NCBI RefSeq assembly: GCF_009914755.1
Contig: NC_060930.1
Source: the human T2T-CHM13v2.0 reference genome, Homo sapiens
Reading direction: 5' to 3' (one strand)
Length of the DNA: 64,000 nucleotides
Part shown: positions 45,560-60,300 of the stretch, piece by piece
Layout: every line of letters starts with the position of its first letter
Position numbering within the stretch: the stretch's first letter is position 1
The notes under the pieces: model-generated
The model's database searches: none
What the model saw: only the letters and a program-made list of their open reading frames with translations
Told to the model about the DNA's origin: nothing
Made by a program: the position numbers and the translations under genes

Positions 45560-46690
45560 TGCTCCACTGACACTGCACTCTCTGTGGTCACCAACAATCT
45601 CTGCATTGCAGATTCCCTGAGCACTTTTCAGGCTTCTTCTTACTTTACTGCTACACAGAAATGTATACTATTGACTGCTCTCTCCTTGAAACTCCCTATT
45701 CTGTTGGTTTAGCAACATTGGGTTTTTTTCTCCTATGCCTGGGGCCATCTTTTTCTCTCCATTAACAGCTTTTCTTCTACCCCCTACATGTTGGATGGAT
45801 TAATGAATGCCAGTTTTTTATTTCAACCCAGACATTGTTGCTGAGTCCCAGGCTGGTACATTCCTTTATTTTTTAGTATCTCCACTTGGAAGTCTCCTAG
45901 CTACCACAAAAGTATAATGTCCAAAACTAATCTCTAAAAATAATCCTAGATTTTTTTGTTCTTCATCCTCTTCATCTAAACAGTCTCTAAATCATATCAG
46001 TTCTACATCCCAGTGGCCCACAAATCCTCTCCGTCTTCACTGTCAACGGCCTTAGTTTAGACCTCTGTCAATTTGAACCTATATTTTTGAAGTCATCTGA
46101 GAGCTGGTCTCATTGCCTCTACCTTCTCCAAGTGGAGCAAAACCTCTAAATCATGACAGCATCTAGGTGGGCTTGGATGGCTTAAAATTCTCTAAAAGCT
46201 TAAAACTATTTGATTTTAAATTCCTCAATCGCTTCTTTTTTCTTCAAGAAAGATGGATTCCACATCCTCTACATGCCATTCTGGGCCCTTCATGGTTTGC
46301 CTTTTACCTGCCTTGGCCTATCCTCCTCTATGCCCTTCCTTCTTTTGTAATCAGTAATCTTCGCTTACTATTTCAAAAATGCCATCACTTGCAAATGTTC
46401 TCCAGTAGGCCTATATATGCTTCTCTCTATCTTCATGACTCAGCTCAAACATTTCTCCTATAGAAGCTTTGCCAGTGCTCTCAGCATTTGAGGTTTCCTC
46501 CCATGGTCCTGTATCTTACACCTCGGACAGACACGGCATGTTACTTTGGACTCTTATTTTCCTCATCTGTCTGACCACTGCACTGTGACTTTTTTGAACC
46601 TCTATTTTCTCACCATTGCTTAGAACAGTCTCTAGCCTATAGCATGTGATTATTGTTTATTTAATGACTGAGTAACAAATGAATATATTT
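45560..46690 (+). mobile_element. L2 fragments
   Basis: ggtcaccaacaatctc.., atctccacttggaagtctc.., atgtccaaaactaa.., tail near 46670. Confidence 0.6.
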
Positions 46691-46745
46691 TGTAGACGAA
46701 AAAATTAAAACCAGGTAAGTGACCTAAAGACCAAAAACACCCTGC

Positions 46746-46764
46746 ACCACCACTAGAGGGCCTC
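46746..46764 (+). promoter_or_regulatory. Candidate CTCF motif
   Basis: CCACTAGAGGGC (46750-46761) matches the CCASYAGRKGGC core; motif match only. Confidence 0.3.
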
Positions 46765-46961
46765 AACCCAGTACCCTAGGAATCTCTTAGGATGTGCTCA
46801 CCTGCCAAAAATGAACATGATTGCTGTCCTGTCATTGATTTCATTTCACTTTAGCCATTCTAGTGGATTGTCCTATTAACAATGCATTGGTGCCAATTGA
46901 TATTTGTTATATAAAAGCACATTGGGGGAATGAGGGGGTGAGGAAGCATGAGCTGGGTGTC

Positions 46962-47353
46962 TGCATTAGTCCATTCTCATACTGCTATGAAGAACTACCT
47001 GAGACTGGGTAACTTATAAAGAAAAGAGGCTTAATTGACTCACAGTTCCACAGGATGTTCAGGAGGCATGGCTGGGAAGGTCTCAGGAAACTTACAGTCA
47101 TGGCAGAAGGGAGAAGGGGAAGCAAGCACATCTTCACATGGCAGCAGGAAAGAGCGAGTGTGAAGCGGGAAGTGCACTTTTAAGCAACCTAATCTCGTGA
47201 GAACTCACTCACAAGACAGCACTAGGGGGATAGTGCTAAACCATTAGAAACCACCCTCTTGACCCAATCACCTCCCACCAGGTTCCTCCCCCAGCACTGA
47301 AGACTACAATTTAACATGAGATTTGGTTGGGGACGCAGAGCCAAACCATATCA
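46962..47353 (-). mobile_element. ERVL-MaLR solo LTR (MSTA/THE1D type)
   Basis: TGcattagtccattctca..acctgagactgggtaa..gagatttgg..gccaaaccatatCA, 392 bp, TG..CA termini. Confidence 0.88.
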
Positions 47354-47972
47354 GTATGCTAGAATCTAGTCTTTTAAAGGCATCAGTTTTGTTGATTTTT
47401 ATTTCAAAGTTTTAGGCAAAACAGAGAACACATTGTAAGATCTTTAAAATAATTGTTTCATGCTTTAAAGAAGAAAAGCTGGTGAATGCTAACAGGCAAG
47501 ATTAGACCTTCGTGTAGTTTTCTAAACCTATGATGCTGCTTTTAAGACAGGCTAATTGTTGTCTCAAAGGAGGAATTTGAATGTTGAAGGCCTTTATGAC
47601 AAGCTTGCCAAATGTGTAGGAGAGAAGAGGATTACACCGAATTCTGGAATGAGTTCTCAACTATAGATCAAATGAGTTTACTGAAGAATTCAGAAGATTA
47701 AAAAACATGTGACTGTATGATAGGATTTATAATATTCAATTCCGCAGACTTTAGTTTGTTGCCAGAGTGTTTGGGGGAGAGAGGTGCTTATTTTTATTTC
47801 AAATATAGATTTAGAACTTAAACTCAGCTATGGGTCTGACACACAGTGTTCATTAAATCCTGGGAACATAATATTTGAAAAAAATGGTTTATTAACTTTT
47901 TAAATATAATAAAATACCCAATTTGTTAGAAAAATTAGGAAAAAATCTATGCAGAAGACAAAGTGTTTACTT

Positions 47973-48216
47973 TGGTGGCATGATCTCGGCTCACTGCACC
48001 CTCTGCCTCCCAGATTCAAGCAATTCTCCAGCCTCAGCCTCCCGAGTAGCTGGGACTACAGCTGCGCACCACCACGCCCAGCCAATTTTTGTATTTTTAG
48101 TAGAGACAGGGTTTTACCATGTTGGCCAGGATGGTCTCGATCTCTTGACCTCGTGATCCACTCGCCTCAGCCTCCCAAAGTGCTGGGATTACAGGTGTGA
48201 GCCACCGTGCCTGGCC
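47973..48216 (-). mobile_element. AluSc-like, lacking its 3' end and poly(A)
   Basis: ggatggtctcgatctcttgacctcgtgatcc diagnostic; begins abruptly at tggtggcatgatctcggctcactgc. Confidence 0.88.
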
Positions 48217-49089
48217 AGTATTCACTATTTTTAAAGTATCAGCAGAGCACTTGTTATCTCTTAGGATTTCCCAGGGAGCTATTTGTATTTTATTACAATT
48301 TACAAATAGCTTAAGAGATGTTCCCCCTTAATTGTGGACATTTTTAGATCAAAACATTATTGTTTTTCATTTATATTTCTTTTCCAACATTGAACCCTTT
48401 ATGACATGCATCTTACTTTATAGCAAGAAGGAAGTCAAGAAGAGAACAAGAGACGGGTTGGTAGGATCTACAGTTTTTCTAATTGTTACTGGAGTTAGTA
48501 TATACCTCGCCCCAGTGGCCAGTATGTGAGAATCCTGAAGCATGTGTTAGAATATCTTATGAAAATGTGAAATGTATTTTTTAAAAAATTTTAATTTTGT
48601 CTCTTGTCAAACAGTAATTAAATACTATGTAATATCCCTCAAATAAGTGAATATTTTATATCATTTAAACATTATGTTTGAGCAATTAGTCTTTAGGAAA
48701 GTTGGAGGGAGACTTTATTCTAGTCAGCATGATTGTCTGCAAAGAACAAAGGAATAGGAATTACCAGGAGGCATGATTTTTTTATTTTTTTAATAACAGC
48801 ATACTTTATAAGAAAATGTTCTTCCCTTTGGGGGTTTAAGATGTTTCTGAAATCAAACATAGTGTTGTTATTCGGGGGAGTGTCAGTGAAGACTTTAAAA
48901 ATCTTGAATTGAAGGGACTCTAAGTCCCCAATGGCCTGAAGCAATTCAAATAAAGTGTTTTAACCAGTCCTTCTACTTGATTATTTGTTCTGAAGCCAAA
49001 TTAGTATATTCTCAGTTTCTTACAAAATGTTTGTACCAAAAGGACAACTTGTTTACCAAAATAATTTCTGACAAATAGCTAAGTGTGTG

Positions 49090-49091
<2 letters not shown>

Positions 49092-49124
<33 letters not shown>
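49092..49124. repeat. (TG)n microsatellite
   Basis: About 16 uninterrupted TG units. Confidence 0.97.
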
Positions 49125-49129
<5 letters not shown>

Positions 49130-51709
49130 GACAACGTTTTGTCCCCTGAGACATTATATCTCCTAGGGAAAAAAGATTTCTAATAATGGAAAATTTACTA
49201 ACACTAGTTTTATTAAACTAACATTATTAAATTATCTTTGTGAATCAGTGTTTCATGGAAAGTCATGTATATCACTCCAATTTAGCTTAACTATTATTCA
49301 ATAGCAACTTTTTGTGTCTTTAGGACTTATTTGAAATTTATACACATGCAATATGCATATAATGAAACTATTCTTAATCAGAGTGCTTGTCATTGAACAG
49401 TGACTAACCTGGTTAACAGAGCTAGCTACAATGTATTTTTGTAAAGTATTTGTCCAATTCCTTGTTAAAAACCAGAGCTGATCTTACCTATACAAAGGAA
49501 AAAGCTCCCAAAGTGTCCCATGTAACTTCTGCTATCTTGTCCTAAGCGAATATTCTTCATTGGAGGGAAACTATTACATAGAGATCTCTTGGATTTATTT
49601 CAATACATAAAGATTACGACTGAGAACAGTTTTTCAGTATGAGAGGGCTAAGCATCTCCCTCGGGAAGGAAATAGCACTAACTCCTGAGGAAACAGGTTC
49701 AGAGGAAAGAGGGATGAAGCAGACCAGGAGAATGTATTACCATCACGAGCTCTGCATTAAGTACTGTATTTCCAGTGTCTTAGGGAATCCTTACAACTAT
49801 CTTGAAAAGTAGAAATTATCTTCATTTTATAATGGGGTAAATGATACTTGGAAATGTCAAGTAACTTACCCAAGATGACACAAGCAGTGAAGACAGAACT
49901 GAAACACAGGAACTGATCCCTAAACCTTTATTCTGCCAGACTTCAGGTGTGAAAGACAAGCTTCTAGTTTACAGTTCAACTAAGATTATTCTTCCTCAAA
50001 CATCATACCTAGAACAATGTTTGAGTTTTCCGTTGCAATCAATGGCACTATCCTGACTCCAGACAGCGAGATGGTATAGGATAGCATAGGATGGCGGTGA
50101 GGAACTTAGTCCTTCTCCTCACTAGCTTGTCCTGGAACAATTTTCTTAATGTTTCCTTGTCTCCATTTTCTTTTCTGTAAATTTGAAATAATAGCACCTA
50201 CCCCACCTACTTTTTCCCACAGTGGCTACAAGAGCCCAATGTCATTGATATGAAAGAACTTTCTTCTAAATGTAAAGCTCTATCTAAATGTATCTTAGTT
50301 CCACTGTTATTATTCTGAACACCCATTCACACTGTAGAGAGAAGAGATTGTCTTCAATCAGTAATTAAACCAACACTTCTTTTCTCTCTTTACAGTTCTC
50401 CAAAAATCTAGTTAACAGAAATTTGAATGTCTATCAATGAATTGCTGAAATAAAAGATCACTTTGCATATGTCACACTTATTCTAGATACATCATGAAGA
50501 GATCCAAAAGTTATTCCCAATTAGGTAACAATAACAACCAGGTCTAAAGAGTCAGTGATGTTTTTTCTCCCGAGATTTACAGCCTCTTCCTTGCTTGTGG
50601 GGCTTGTTCCTTTACCATCTGAGCTGTTGCATTTTATTAGTTGTGATGTTCTCTAAGTCTCAACTGTCCTTCCTCACACTCCAATAAAAGCTTGTCTTTT
50701 TTAAAAACCTTCCAGTTATCTGAGTAGCATAAGCAGTGGAAAGTAATAGACTTATGTTATGATAATGAGACTTGGAAAGTCTCAAGACTTGGAATGCCTT
50801 TGTTTATTTCAAAGTATTCTGGTTTTCAGTTCCTTTAGAAAAGAGAGGAAAGCAGCTGGAAATGAGGCGGAGCAGGAGAGAAAGTAGGAGAATTTAACTA
50901 ATGAGCCATTAAAGGAAGTAGGTATTAGCCCATCCATTTGACATTAACTTTACTTCTCATTCATCATTACTGGAAAAAGCGTTTATTAAAAACCACACTA
51001 ATTTAAAATTGTGTTATTATTTCTTCTGCTACAGGCAAGACTTTTTATTTTCTTTCTTTTTTTCTTCTGGTATTGTTTTTATGCATTGTTTCATTATTGC
51101 AGTATGAGAATTGAGCAGTGGGCTCCATTTGTCACATTTGTGTGCATAGCAATTTCAGTTGAAAACAGAAATTCAAAAAATTTTGTAACATGGGGCAACA
51201 GCTCCATCTACTGTTTCCATAGGAAAAGCTCTAGTCAAAGAATGACAATAGCTCTTTGAAGGATGTCAGAGGAATGGAAATTTTTCGATGTTTGAAGCTT
51301 ATAAATCCATATGATTTTTAAAAAATTATTTTCAGGATTTTGTTACATTTATGCTTACCTTGAAATTTAAATATAAGTGCTATTTCATCAGCAGTCATTT
51401 TCAATGTCAACTTGATGCTCTTTTGAGGTAAAAATCCATACCTACTTCATGGATCTCTAAAATGCCCTTCTATTGTACAATACCAATAAAACTCTGCAGC
51501 ATTAATTTTTGGGAGCTTACTCCAACAAAACATATGCTTCTTTTCTAAAACAAGTCTGATTTGAAACATGTACATTCATGTTTCTATTTTAATTTTAACT
51601 TCAGTGTAGAACTTCTTCTACCTTTAAAGCATGAATCATTGCACAGTCCTGAAAGTTACAATTATACATCAGTTTGCACAATTAAAAGAGTAAATTTAGG
51701 GTGTAAAAT

Positions 51710-52230
51710 TTAATTTATTTACTAAACAAATACTTATGGCCTATCTACTATGTGTTAATCACTATTACAAACATTGAATATACAGTGGTTAAAAACACAA
51801 AGCAACAACAAACTACAGATAAGGTCTCTACCTTTCTTTATAACTTACTGTCTGTGGTGAGGCAGTACACCAATGGTTAATAAGCAGTTAAATAAATAGA
51901 CAAAACAATTTCGGTTTAGAGTGAGGTGCTATGGGGGGAATAAACTGGGTAATGTGATAATGATTTGGAAGGAGGAGATGTTCTTCTCATTACCATCTAA
52001 TTGAGGTGGTCCAGGGAGGTGTCTCTGAGCAGAAGACATTCCTTGAGAAGGAGCTGGCCATGTAAGGGCCAGAGCAAGAACTTTCCAAACAGAAATATCA
52101 GGACTTGCAAAGAGCTTCAGGTGGGGAAAAGCTTGATGTATTCAATAAACATAAAGGAGCTAAGAAAAGAATAGTGCCAGAAAAGATTTGGGAGCTGAAT
52201 GGCTTCATCATATAGGGCCTTATAAGAATG
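51710..52230 (-). mobile_element. L2 3' fragment
   Basis: aacaaatacttatggcctatctactatgtg..gagctggccatgtaag..tgcaaagagc. Confidence 0.6.
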
Positions 52231-52302
52231 GAAAAGAAGGGTTGGGGGGCAAGTGGAGAGATACACGTAGCCATGAAATAACCAGTTACATCTCCGTTTT
52301 GT

Positions 52303-52304
<2 letters not shown>

Positions 52305-52342
<38 letters not shown>
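52305..52342. repeat. (GT)19 microsatellite
   Basis: Perfect dinucleotide run. Confidence 0.97.
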
Positions 52343-52344
<2 letters not shown>

Positions 52345-55300
52345 CTGCAGCGGTTTGATTTTTTTATGTGATGAAATTACTGTTCCTACTGATTCAAATA
52401 AATTATTCTGAAGGTAATATTGTTTTTAGCCCATTATCTTTAGTCTTTGAGTGGACGGGGAATAGGCTTGTTTGCTGAAAGAAAACAAAATTGACAAAGG
52501 TTTGATTGTAGCCCATTTAATTTCAGTCTTGTCTGAATCCACTGGATATCACTTTGGTCATTAGAGATGGAGAATTTCATCACATCTAAGTCTTTTCTTT
52601 TTCCCCACAGCTAAATCTGATGTTTCCTTTCTGATAGGCTATAGGTTGAGTCAGTTGAACAGTTGGGGCAATGAAAATACATACCCTCAAAACGCCATAG
52701 AACTAAGTGCCTTCCGGCACTTGTGCCCCCTTATCCATCGCTGTTCTCAACTTGAGTATCTTCCGTCTCCAACTTTATTTACTATGCACTGAAAACTGAA
52801 AGGAAAGTTATTATTTTCAGCATATAGCAGGACCCACCTCTAAAACAATTTAGTGTCCCAAAACACATTTTTGGACTGCTGAATAAAGCAGATGACAAAA
52901 ACTGTCTCAGTGAAACATTTGATCACTTGTTAAAATACCCTCAGAATACCTTGAATGTGACTACATGCATTTTGAAGCTCATCATGTATCAATGGGAATC
53001 CAATTCAAATTCTTAACATCCCTTCTAGAAGCTTGAACTGATCAGGGCTTAGTCATGTTGCTCAGTTTTCCTTTCAGCAAGAGAACCACAATCTCTTCTG
53101 TTAAATGACTAAAGTCTGTGCAATGTAATATCTTCAGAGAAAATGAACCTAACAATTTATTTGAGTCAATGGGAATAGGAATTTCATTTCTTAAAAAAAA
53201 GTAAGATGACACTTTCTCAGATTTAAAAATATAGACACATAAGACCTATAAAATGGAGACATGGCTAGTTAATCATGTTTATTGCCACTTGTCCCTCATG
53301 GGGGTAATGGTCCCAGACAAAACAGCTGTTCCCAACATTGCTAAAATTCCAGTGTCACCTTGTGTGACCACAGAATACATAGACATGCATGTGAGGCAGC
53401 TGGGGATATCAGGTTGAGATTTTGAAAACTGGCTCTCAGGTTTTATTTTCTAATTATTTCTCTTTTTCTCTCCCTACGGACAGCAGCAGTAGGACATTAT
53501 TAGTCACTTTCTGACTTCCTGTGTTTTTTACTAATAGTGGTAACATTATGGTGGAAAAAATATTATATTTGTACAGCCACTGACTGCTTGTTTCATCTTG
53601 TATTATGTTCTTGAAACCAACTATTAAGACATCTGGACTGACATGTGTTATTTACAGCAACGATGAGACAGACTATTTGAAATCCTTGATCTGTGGTCAC
53701 CAAACTTGTAATTAGTTGTGATGGTGCCTGGATTCAACATCATTTCTTTGTGTTGGGTAAACATTAAGATTTGAGAAGTCAAAGGCCAGTCAGATTTATT
53801 AGAACCTTAATTTTCAGAACGGGATATTTGTTTCCTAAATAATCTTATAGTTTGCATTTGATGATATAGTTTCCAAGAGGATCTCCATACTGTATGTAAT
53901 TTTACTGCTGTATATCTTTGTGAGGTAGGCAAGAAAAGATTATTTTCATTTAATAAGAATATTCTAGGTCCTGATGAATAAGGAGCTCAGCTCAATTTTT
54001 GCAGTCAGTTTTCTCTGCACATCAGTAACTATAGCTTAGTATGATCAAAGTAAAGACTGAAGGAAATTATATAACTAGAGAAGCAACAAGTTTTCAGCAT
54101 TGTCTAGGGGACCTAAAACATGGAAGAAAAGTTGGCAGAAAATAAGATTTGAAGGGTCTTCAGCTATGTCTGTAATGAATTCATTAAAAAGTAGAAAGAC
54201 CCAAAGCAAATATCGCAAAATTGTTAATATTTGACAACATAGGATTTTGGACTCATTGCAATTTATATTATTTTCTGTACTTTTCAGCATGCTTAGAATA
54301 GTTCAAATTCATTTTAAGAAGCAGGAAAAACATTCTATGGGATTAGTAACAGTTAATATCACTGATTACTTCTTCACTGGCTGATATCATCAGTATCTTC
54401 TCCTTTGACTGAAATCCTTTGTGGAATGGGGCCACGTGTTTTAAAACTAAAATTATTAACTATTTTTTAGAACTTTCCTGAGCACACTGTCTATAACCAT
54501 GGTGTTCAGCTGAGCCAAGAATTGTCATTTGTAGATTTATCATTAGCACAACCTATAGATAAGGGAGAGACCTTAACATCACACATTTGAGTTGAAAGTG
54601 AGGACCACAATCACCCAATTATTCCAGAGCTGCCCAGAATGTCCCCAGCTATTCAAATTGTGCACATGCTCTTGGCCTCTATGTAACTTGGCAGTGTATA
54701 AGCTAGTGCCACCAGCCTGGTTATCTTAAGTCCCAGCAGTGTGCCTTGAAACTTGCATTTTCTTAACTCAGGAAGAGTTGTCATTCTACCAACACTTTTA
54801 AAGAGAATGAATGTTATCACCTAATTACAGTAAATGGAAACTCAAAGCATTCATAGGTGTGGGCTGCCTGTGGGGTCCATGTAAGCCATCTTTCCTCCAG
54901 ATTTTGGTGGCATATTGAAAAATTCCTGAGGTCAAACAAGGGGATGGAGGCACAGTTGTTCCTAAGGTATGGTTTTTGTTGGTGGTGATCTTTTGAGGAC
55001 ACCACTGGATACAAATAATTTGTTTCACACATTCCCCTCCTTGCTAGTTTTCATGCCCCTGTGGCTTTTATCACCTTGTACTGGGTCATTGATGTTGCAT
55101 CTGTGGGTGGCAAGGCACTCTAAAGATTCCTGCTGCTCCTTATATTGCAGGACACTGACAAATAATATTTTTCCTTTTTCAGGACATACTGGGGAGAGAT
55201 GAGTATGAAACATTTTATGGATGGATAAGCAGAATAGCAGCATTAGGGGAGGAATCTTTTTTTTTCTAACTATCATGCCATGGAGATCAGTCAAAATGTC

Positions 55301-56504
55301 CCACTCTATCAATAAGGCAGTGGGCTTTACACCAATTAGGTTGATATCTGGGGAAATAAGTACCTTTAAATATATTTTTTTCTGCCTTAGAAAACAAAGT
55401 GTTAAAAAATCTACAAGCTTCCTAGCATAATTTAGAAAATCTGCTTTTATGAAATGGGTTAATTATGCCCATTGAATGCATTCACTGTCACAGTCTCATC
55501 CTCCCACTTCTGTTCCAAAATGACAAGTGAAACCAGGGACTGTGCAATTTTGGAAGACAATCAGATCACATATTGAGTATTTTGCTTATTCATACAACCA
55601 TAAACGGCCTATGCTTGAGTTCCCTCAATTACACAGCTCAGTATGCAGGCCAGAAGCAGACAAGCCCAGCTCAAGTGAACACTTTCCTGGAATACACGGG
55701 GGAACGAGTTTGAAAAATGTCCAAAGTGGCAGATGTGAAAAATTCTCATTCAACATCCAGAGCTGCCTTTGCTGCAATCCTTCACCTGTTAATCGCACTG
55801 CCTCTGAACTTGTGAACCAGGGATGCTAGCGATATCTTAGACTGAGACACTTAGGAGCTATAGATCTTTCAAGGTATGGTGCCAGTATATGCCAAGGTGG
55901 GGGAAAAGCTAGCGAGACAAGACAAGATCATGGATCACAGCACTGCTCAGAATTTTCAGACATTCACCAAGAATAAGCATGTCGCTGCCAGCTTCCAACT
56001 AAACTGTTATTATCTTTTGTAGGGGAAATTCCCAAAAGATGTCCTTGATAAATGCTTAAACCATTGTACTGTATCACTTAAATTCTTCAGACTCCTGCAA
56101 TGCTAATACACAATCTCTCCTCCACAACAGAATACAATGGCACTATTGTAGTCTTAAGTGAAGGATATTTCATTTTCCCTGAGTGAGACAACTTTCCCAC
56201 AACTGTTATCCACTGCAATTTCATGCTCCTTGGAGTTTCTGTGCACCAAAATCATCCCCAAGCAATATACTCTCTTGATTAGCTAGTATTTTATTCCACC
56301 TCCTTTGACTATATTTATTTTTTCTTTTCTTCCACCATCTTATAAGCGCGAAGGCTCCTTGCCCTTCATTTGGCATTATTGAAACCTCAAAAGTTATTTA
56401 AGATGCTGGTTGAGATTGTTAACTTCCTTCCTTTTCCATCTCAGCCTAACTCTGATCTTTCTTTCTCCTGCTCTCTTTCTAGTAGAAGCCCTCCATGATT
56501 TTGA

Positions 56505-56960
<456 letters not shown>

Positions 56961-57084
56961 TAGTGATTGTATACCTCATTAATCCTGTGATCTTTCACCA
57001 CACGATGCCCTGCTCGATTGTTTAAAAACCAGCTTTAAGATGATTGGTATTTTATTTTCCCATCATCCTTCTCACTGTGAGGTG

Positions 57085-57305
57085 GTTTAGGGGAAAGAGT
57101 TAAAAGATCAAGGCAGTGGGGTCAGACAGACCTGAGTTGAAACCTAGCTCTTGTCTACTATTTATATGACCTTGAGTCAGATATTTAGTCTTTTGTTATG
57201 TGTAAAATAAGGAAACACCACCTCACTGGGCTGCTGTAAGAGCTAAATGCAATAATGCATGTACCTCACACAGTTGTCACTTTCAAAGGGTAACTATTGT
57301 TATTT
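57085..57305 (+). mobile_element. MIR
   Basis: gtcagacagacctgagttgaaacctagctc..tgaccttgag..tgtaaaataagga. Confidence 0.65.
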
Positions 57306-60300
57306 ATTAATATTTTTGTTATCGTTATCCTCATTTAATCATTATTTGCCATCTTCTCATTATTTTTGTCTTTCTTTCCCAGGATTTAGGAACTGACATT
57401 TCCAAAGCAAAAGGGTTGATATTTTTTCTCTTTTATTATCACCTGCATGTAAATTTTTCTTCTATCTGCTTGGCTCCCCTCCTTCCTATTTTCCTCTGTT
57501 AAAGTCTTTATAGAGAAACTTCATCCATCTAAGAATGTTGGCCTAAATATATGCATATACATATTCATCATCTGGAAAAACTCATTAGATTCTATTTTCA
57601 ATGTGAACAAACACACTTGAAAACATCTCTTTTAAATTGAGAGCATTTAAGTTTCATAACTGTATTCTTTTGTATTGACCAATGAATGAAACAGGTCCAT
57701 CAGATTAGCACTGAAACATGAATTTTCCCTGAGCTTATTTCCATTTGAGTCCCCACCACTTACAATCCAAGTTAACCTGAAGACTTGGCTCACAAGTCAT
57801 TTCTCAAAGCCTCTTTCCAGAAAGTGAAAGCCCTCAGCCTAACGGTGGTGGAGGCAGAGATGCAGTCTGCAGAGTCCTCAGCCTCCCTTTCCTACTTGGT
57901 ACTGTCTTCTCCTGTCCTTAGCCCCCAAGGGCCATCCCTTTATTCTTCTCCTTTCCTGTCCTACCCGCCTTGCTCTTGGGAAATATGTAATGAACAATTC
58001 ACATGAATCTATTAGAATGGAATGATTTTGGACTTGGTTCTACCATTCATGTGGTTTGGGGAAAAATCTCTTGGTTTTCCCATCTGTTAAATGGAAAATA
58101 TAATACTACCCACTTCAGTTGGTTATTATAAGAATCAAATAAGATAATGCATTTTACAGTCACATTACCCTACCACCCAAGAAAATATAAGTGAAAATAC
58201 TTTTAGAATTATCCAGAGCTGTGAAAACATGAACCTTTAGTATTATATCTCCCAGGAACATTTGCATTTGATCTGGCAGTAAAACCTAACATCAAAAAAA
58301 ATAAGACTTTTGTTAGGACATTTTGGGCATAACCTGGAGAGCAGGCAAGATATTTGAAGGAAAAAGACCTCCTCCCAGGAACCTTTAAATTTCACCTATA
58401 TGTGGCCCATGTTCTCTAGGGTGACCCATTTAATCCCAAGTATGAGAGCTTGAGGTCTCTATATTGAAATGTAAGAATAATATAAATACTCACTGAATCT
58501 GCTCTTGGCTTTAGGAATCACATTTTATAGTTCAAGAGTTTCTAGCAGTTGTTGTTTTTTTTGTTTTGTTTTTTGGTGTTTTGTTTTTTTTTTTTTTGGT
58601 GGGGAGAAGGTGTTGGTATCCCTTTAGTCACTAAAAATTCTCAACAGAAGCATTCTCAGAAAAAAAATCCATTACAATTATAACTGCTTAATTTATGTAA
58701 TTAAACCCCAAGAGACACTGAAAAAAATTTCATTTTGAGTAAATATTAAGACAGAGAAAAGGATGTGTGACTTTTTTAAAAAAAGAAATTGAGTCCCCCA
58801 ATATTTTCTATCTAAAGAACATTATTGATTTTTTCCCCCAGAATTACTTTACAACTTATATGTTGTAATTCTGGTCCAAAAATCCATCCATGAGCTCTTT
58901 TCTACTTAACTGGAGCTCACTATAACTATGCTTTCAATTAACTAGCCACATTCTTAGGTTAATCTAAATCTGTTGGTCTTGTCTTTTATAAATTTGGAAG
59001 AAGCAAGCCCTTTGCTCTGTTTGATACCATTTCTAACTAAAACCAAAACCAACAAACAAAAAAATGGCTTTCTCCACAGACTTTTTCTTATAAAAGCAAT
59101 GATTCTACCGAATTCAACAAACATTGGGTGCTGGTGATGGGAGACAGATACTGCAGACTGTAGTGTGCTGAGTTTAAAAGGATCAAAACTCCTTGCCCTC
59201 ACAAAGTTTTTGTTGCAACTGGGAATACAAACATGTACATAAGCCACTATACTCAATGTAAATGTGCTTTACTAAGTTATGTATAATGTGTTATAGATGG
59301 AAACATAAATGAGAGAAAAACTCATTTGACATTACCTTTTCCAACCATTATTATTTTTTCATCTCACCATTCCTATGTCTGAATTTAGGCTTCCTAATGA
59401 CTGTTTTTTTTTCTTGAATACAAAGGGAAAAATAATTACTGATCTCTACTTTTTTACAAGCCATTAGAACACTGGAAATGTTTCTTGAAAATTAGTCCAA
59501 AGGACTTTCCAACAAGCATTCTATCTGTTCTTACAGAAAAGCGATTTTTTAGCACTTTTGAAGAGAGTTGGTTAGTACAACTTCCTTCACAGAGGTTTTT
59601 GGTATTTCAAAGATTGTTCTTGAATTTAACTGAAAACCCACAGGGCCAAAAGCAGCTGTGTGTAACCTGAAAACATGTAATTTTGAATCCAGAAAAAAGC
59701 TTCCAATAGGAGATTGAAGAGCTATGGTGCATAAGTGGCATCTGGATGGCTCAAGGAGACTCAGTCAACAGAGATGAAGAGGTACAGGGTACTTTTAGAG
59801 AAAAGGGAGAAAGGAAAATAGTTCAAGATTGAGGATCAGAGAGTGAGCAGGCGATTTGACTAAGGAGCCACAGAGCTCCTGATTCACAATGTGCAGAGTG
59901 TGCTAAAGCTGGATCAGAAGGCTCAAGCTCTGACTTGCACAGACAGCTTATGGCAAAGAACAGTCAGGGAAAAAAAGGCAAAAATATTGCTCTTTAGGCT
60001 AAGTATACCGGGTGAATTGGCTAAAAAGTGAAAATGCAGCTAAGACTAGGACTAAGGACTATGGTTTTTAACAGAGAACTCTTCCCAACTTTTAAACTTT
60101 GGGAATGTGCAGCCAAAACTGAAATCTACTAAGGGAATGATAATGCAAATAGCTCATCATTTTTACACTACGTGTCTGACAAGTCCGGTGGCAGACATCA
60201 TGGTATTTCTGTTTTCCACCTCCAGCAAGATTTAAGCCAAAAACTATTTAAAAGCTGCTAGAACTATTGCTGAGAGTATATACTTCCCAAATTGAATATA

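Noticed and set aside
55165-55206. Pyrimidine tract plus CAG followed by a collagen-like GHTGER
   Set aside because: Only two triplets before a TGA, the would-be donor is ATGAGT rather than GT, and the length is not a multiple of 9. Most likely chance.
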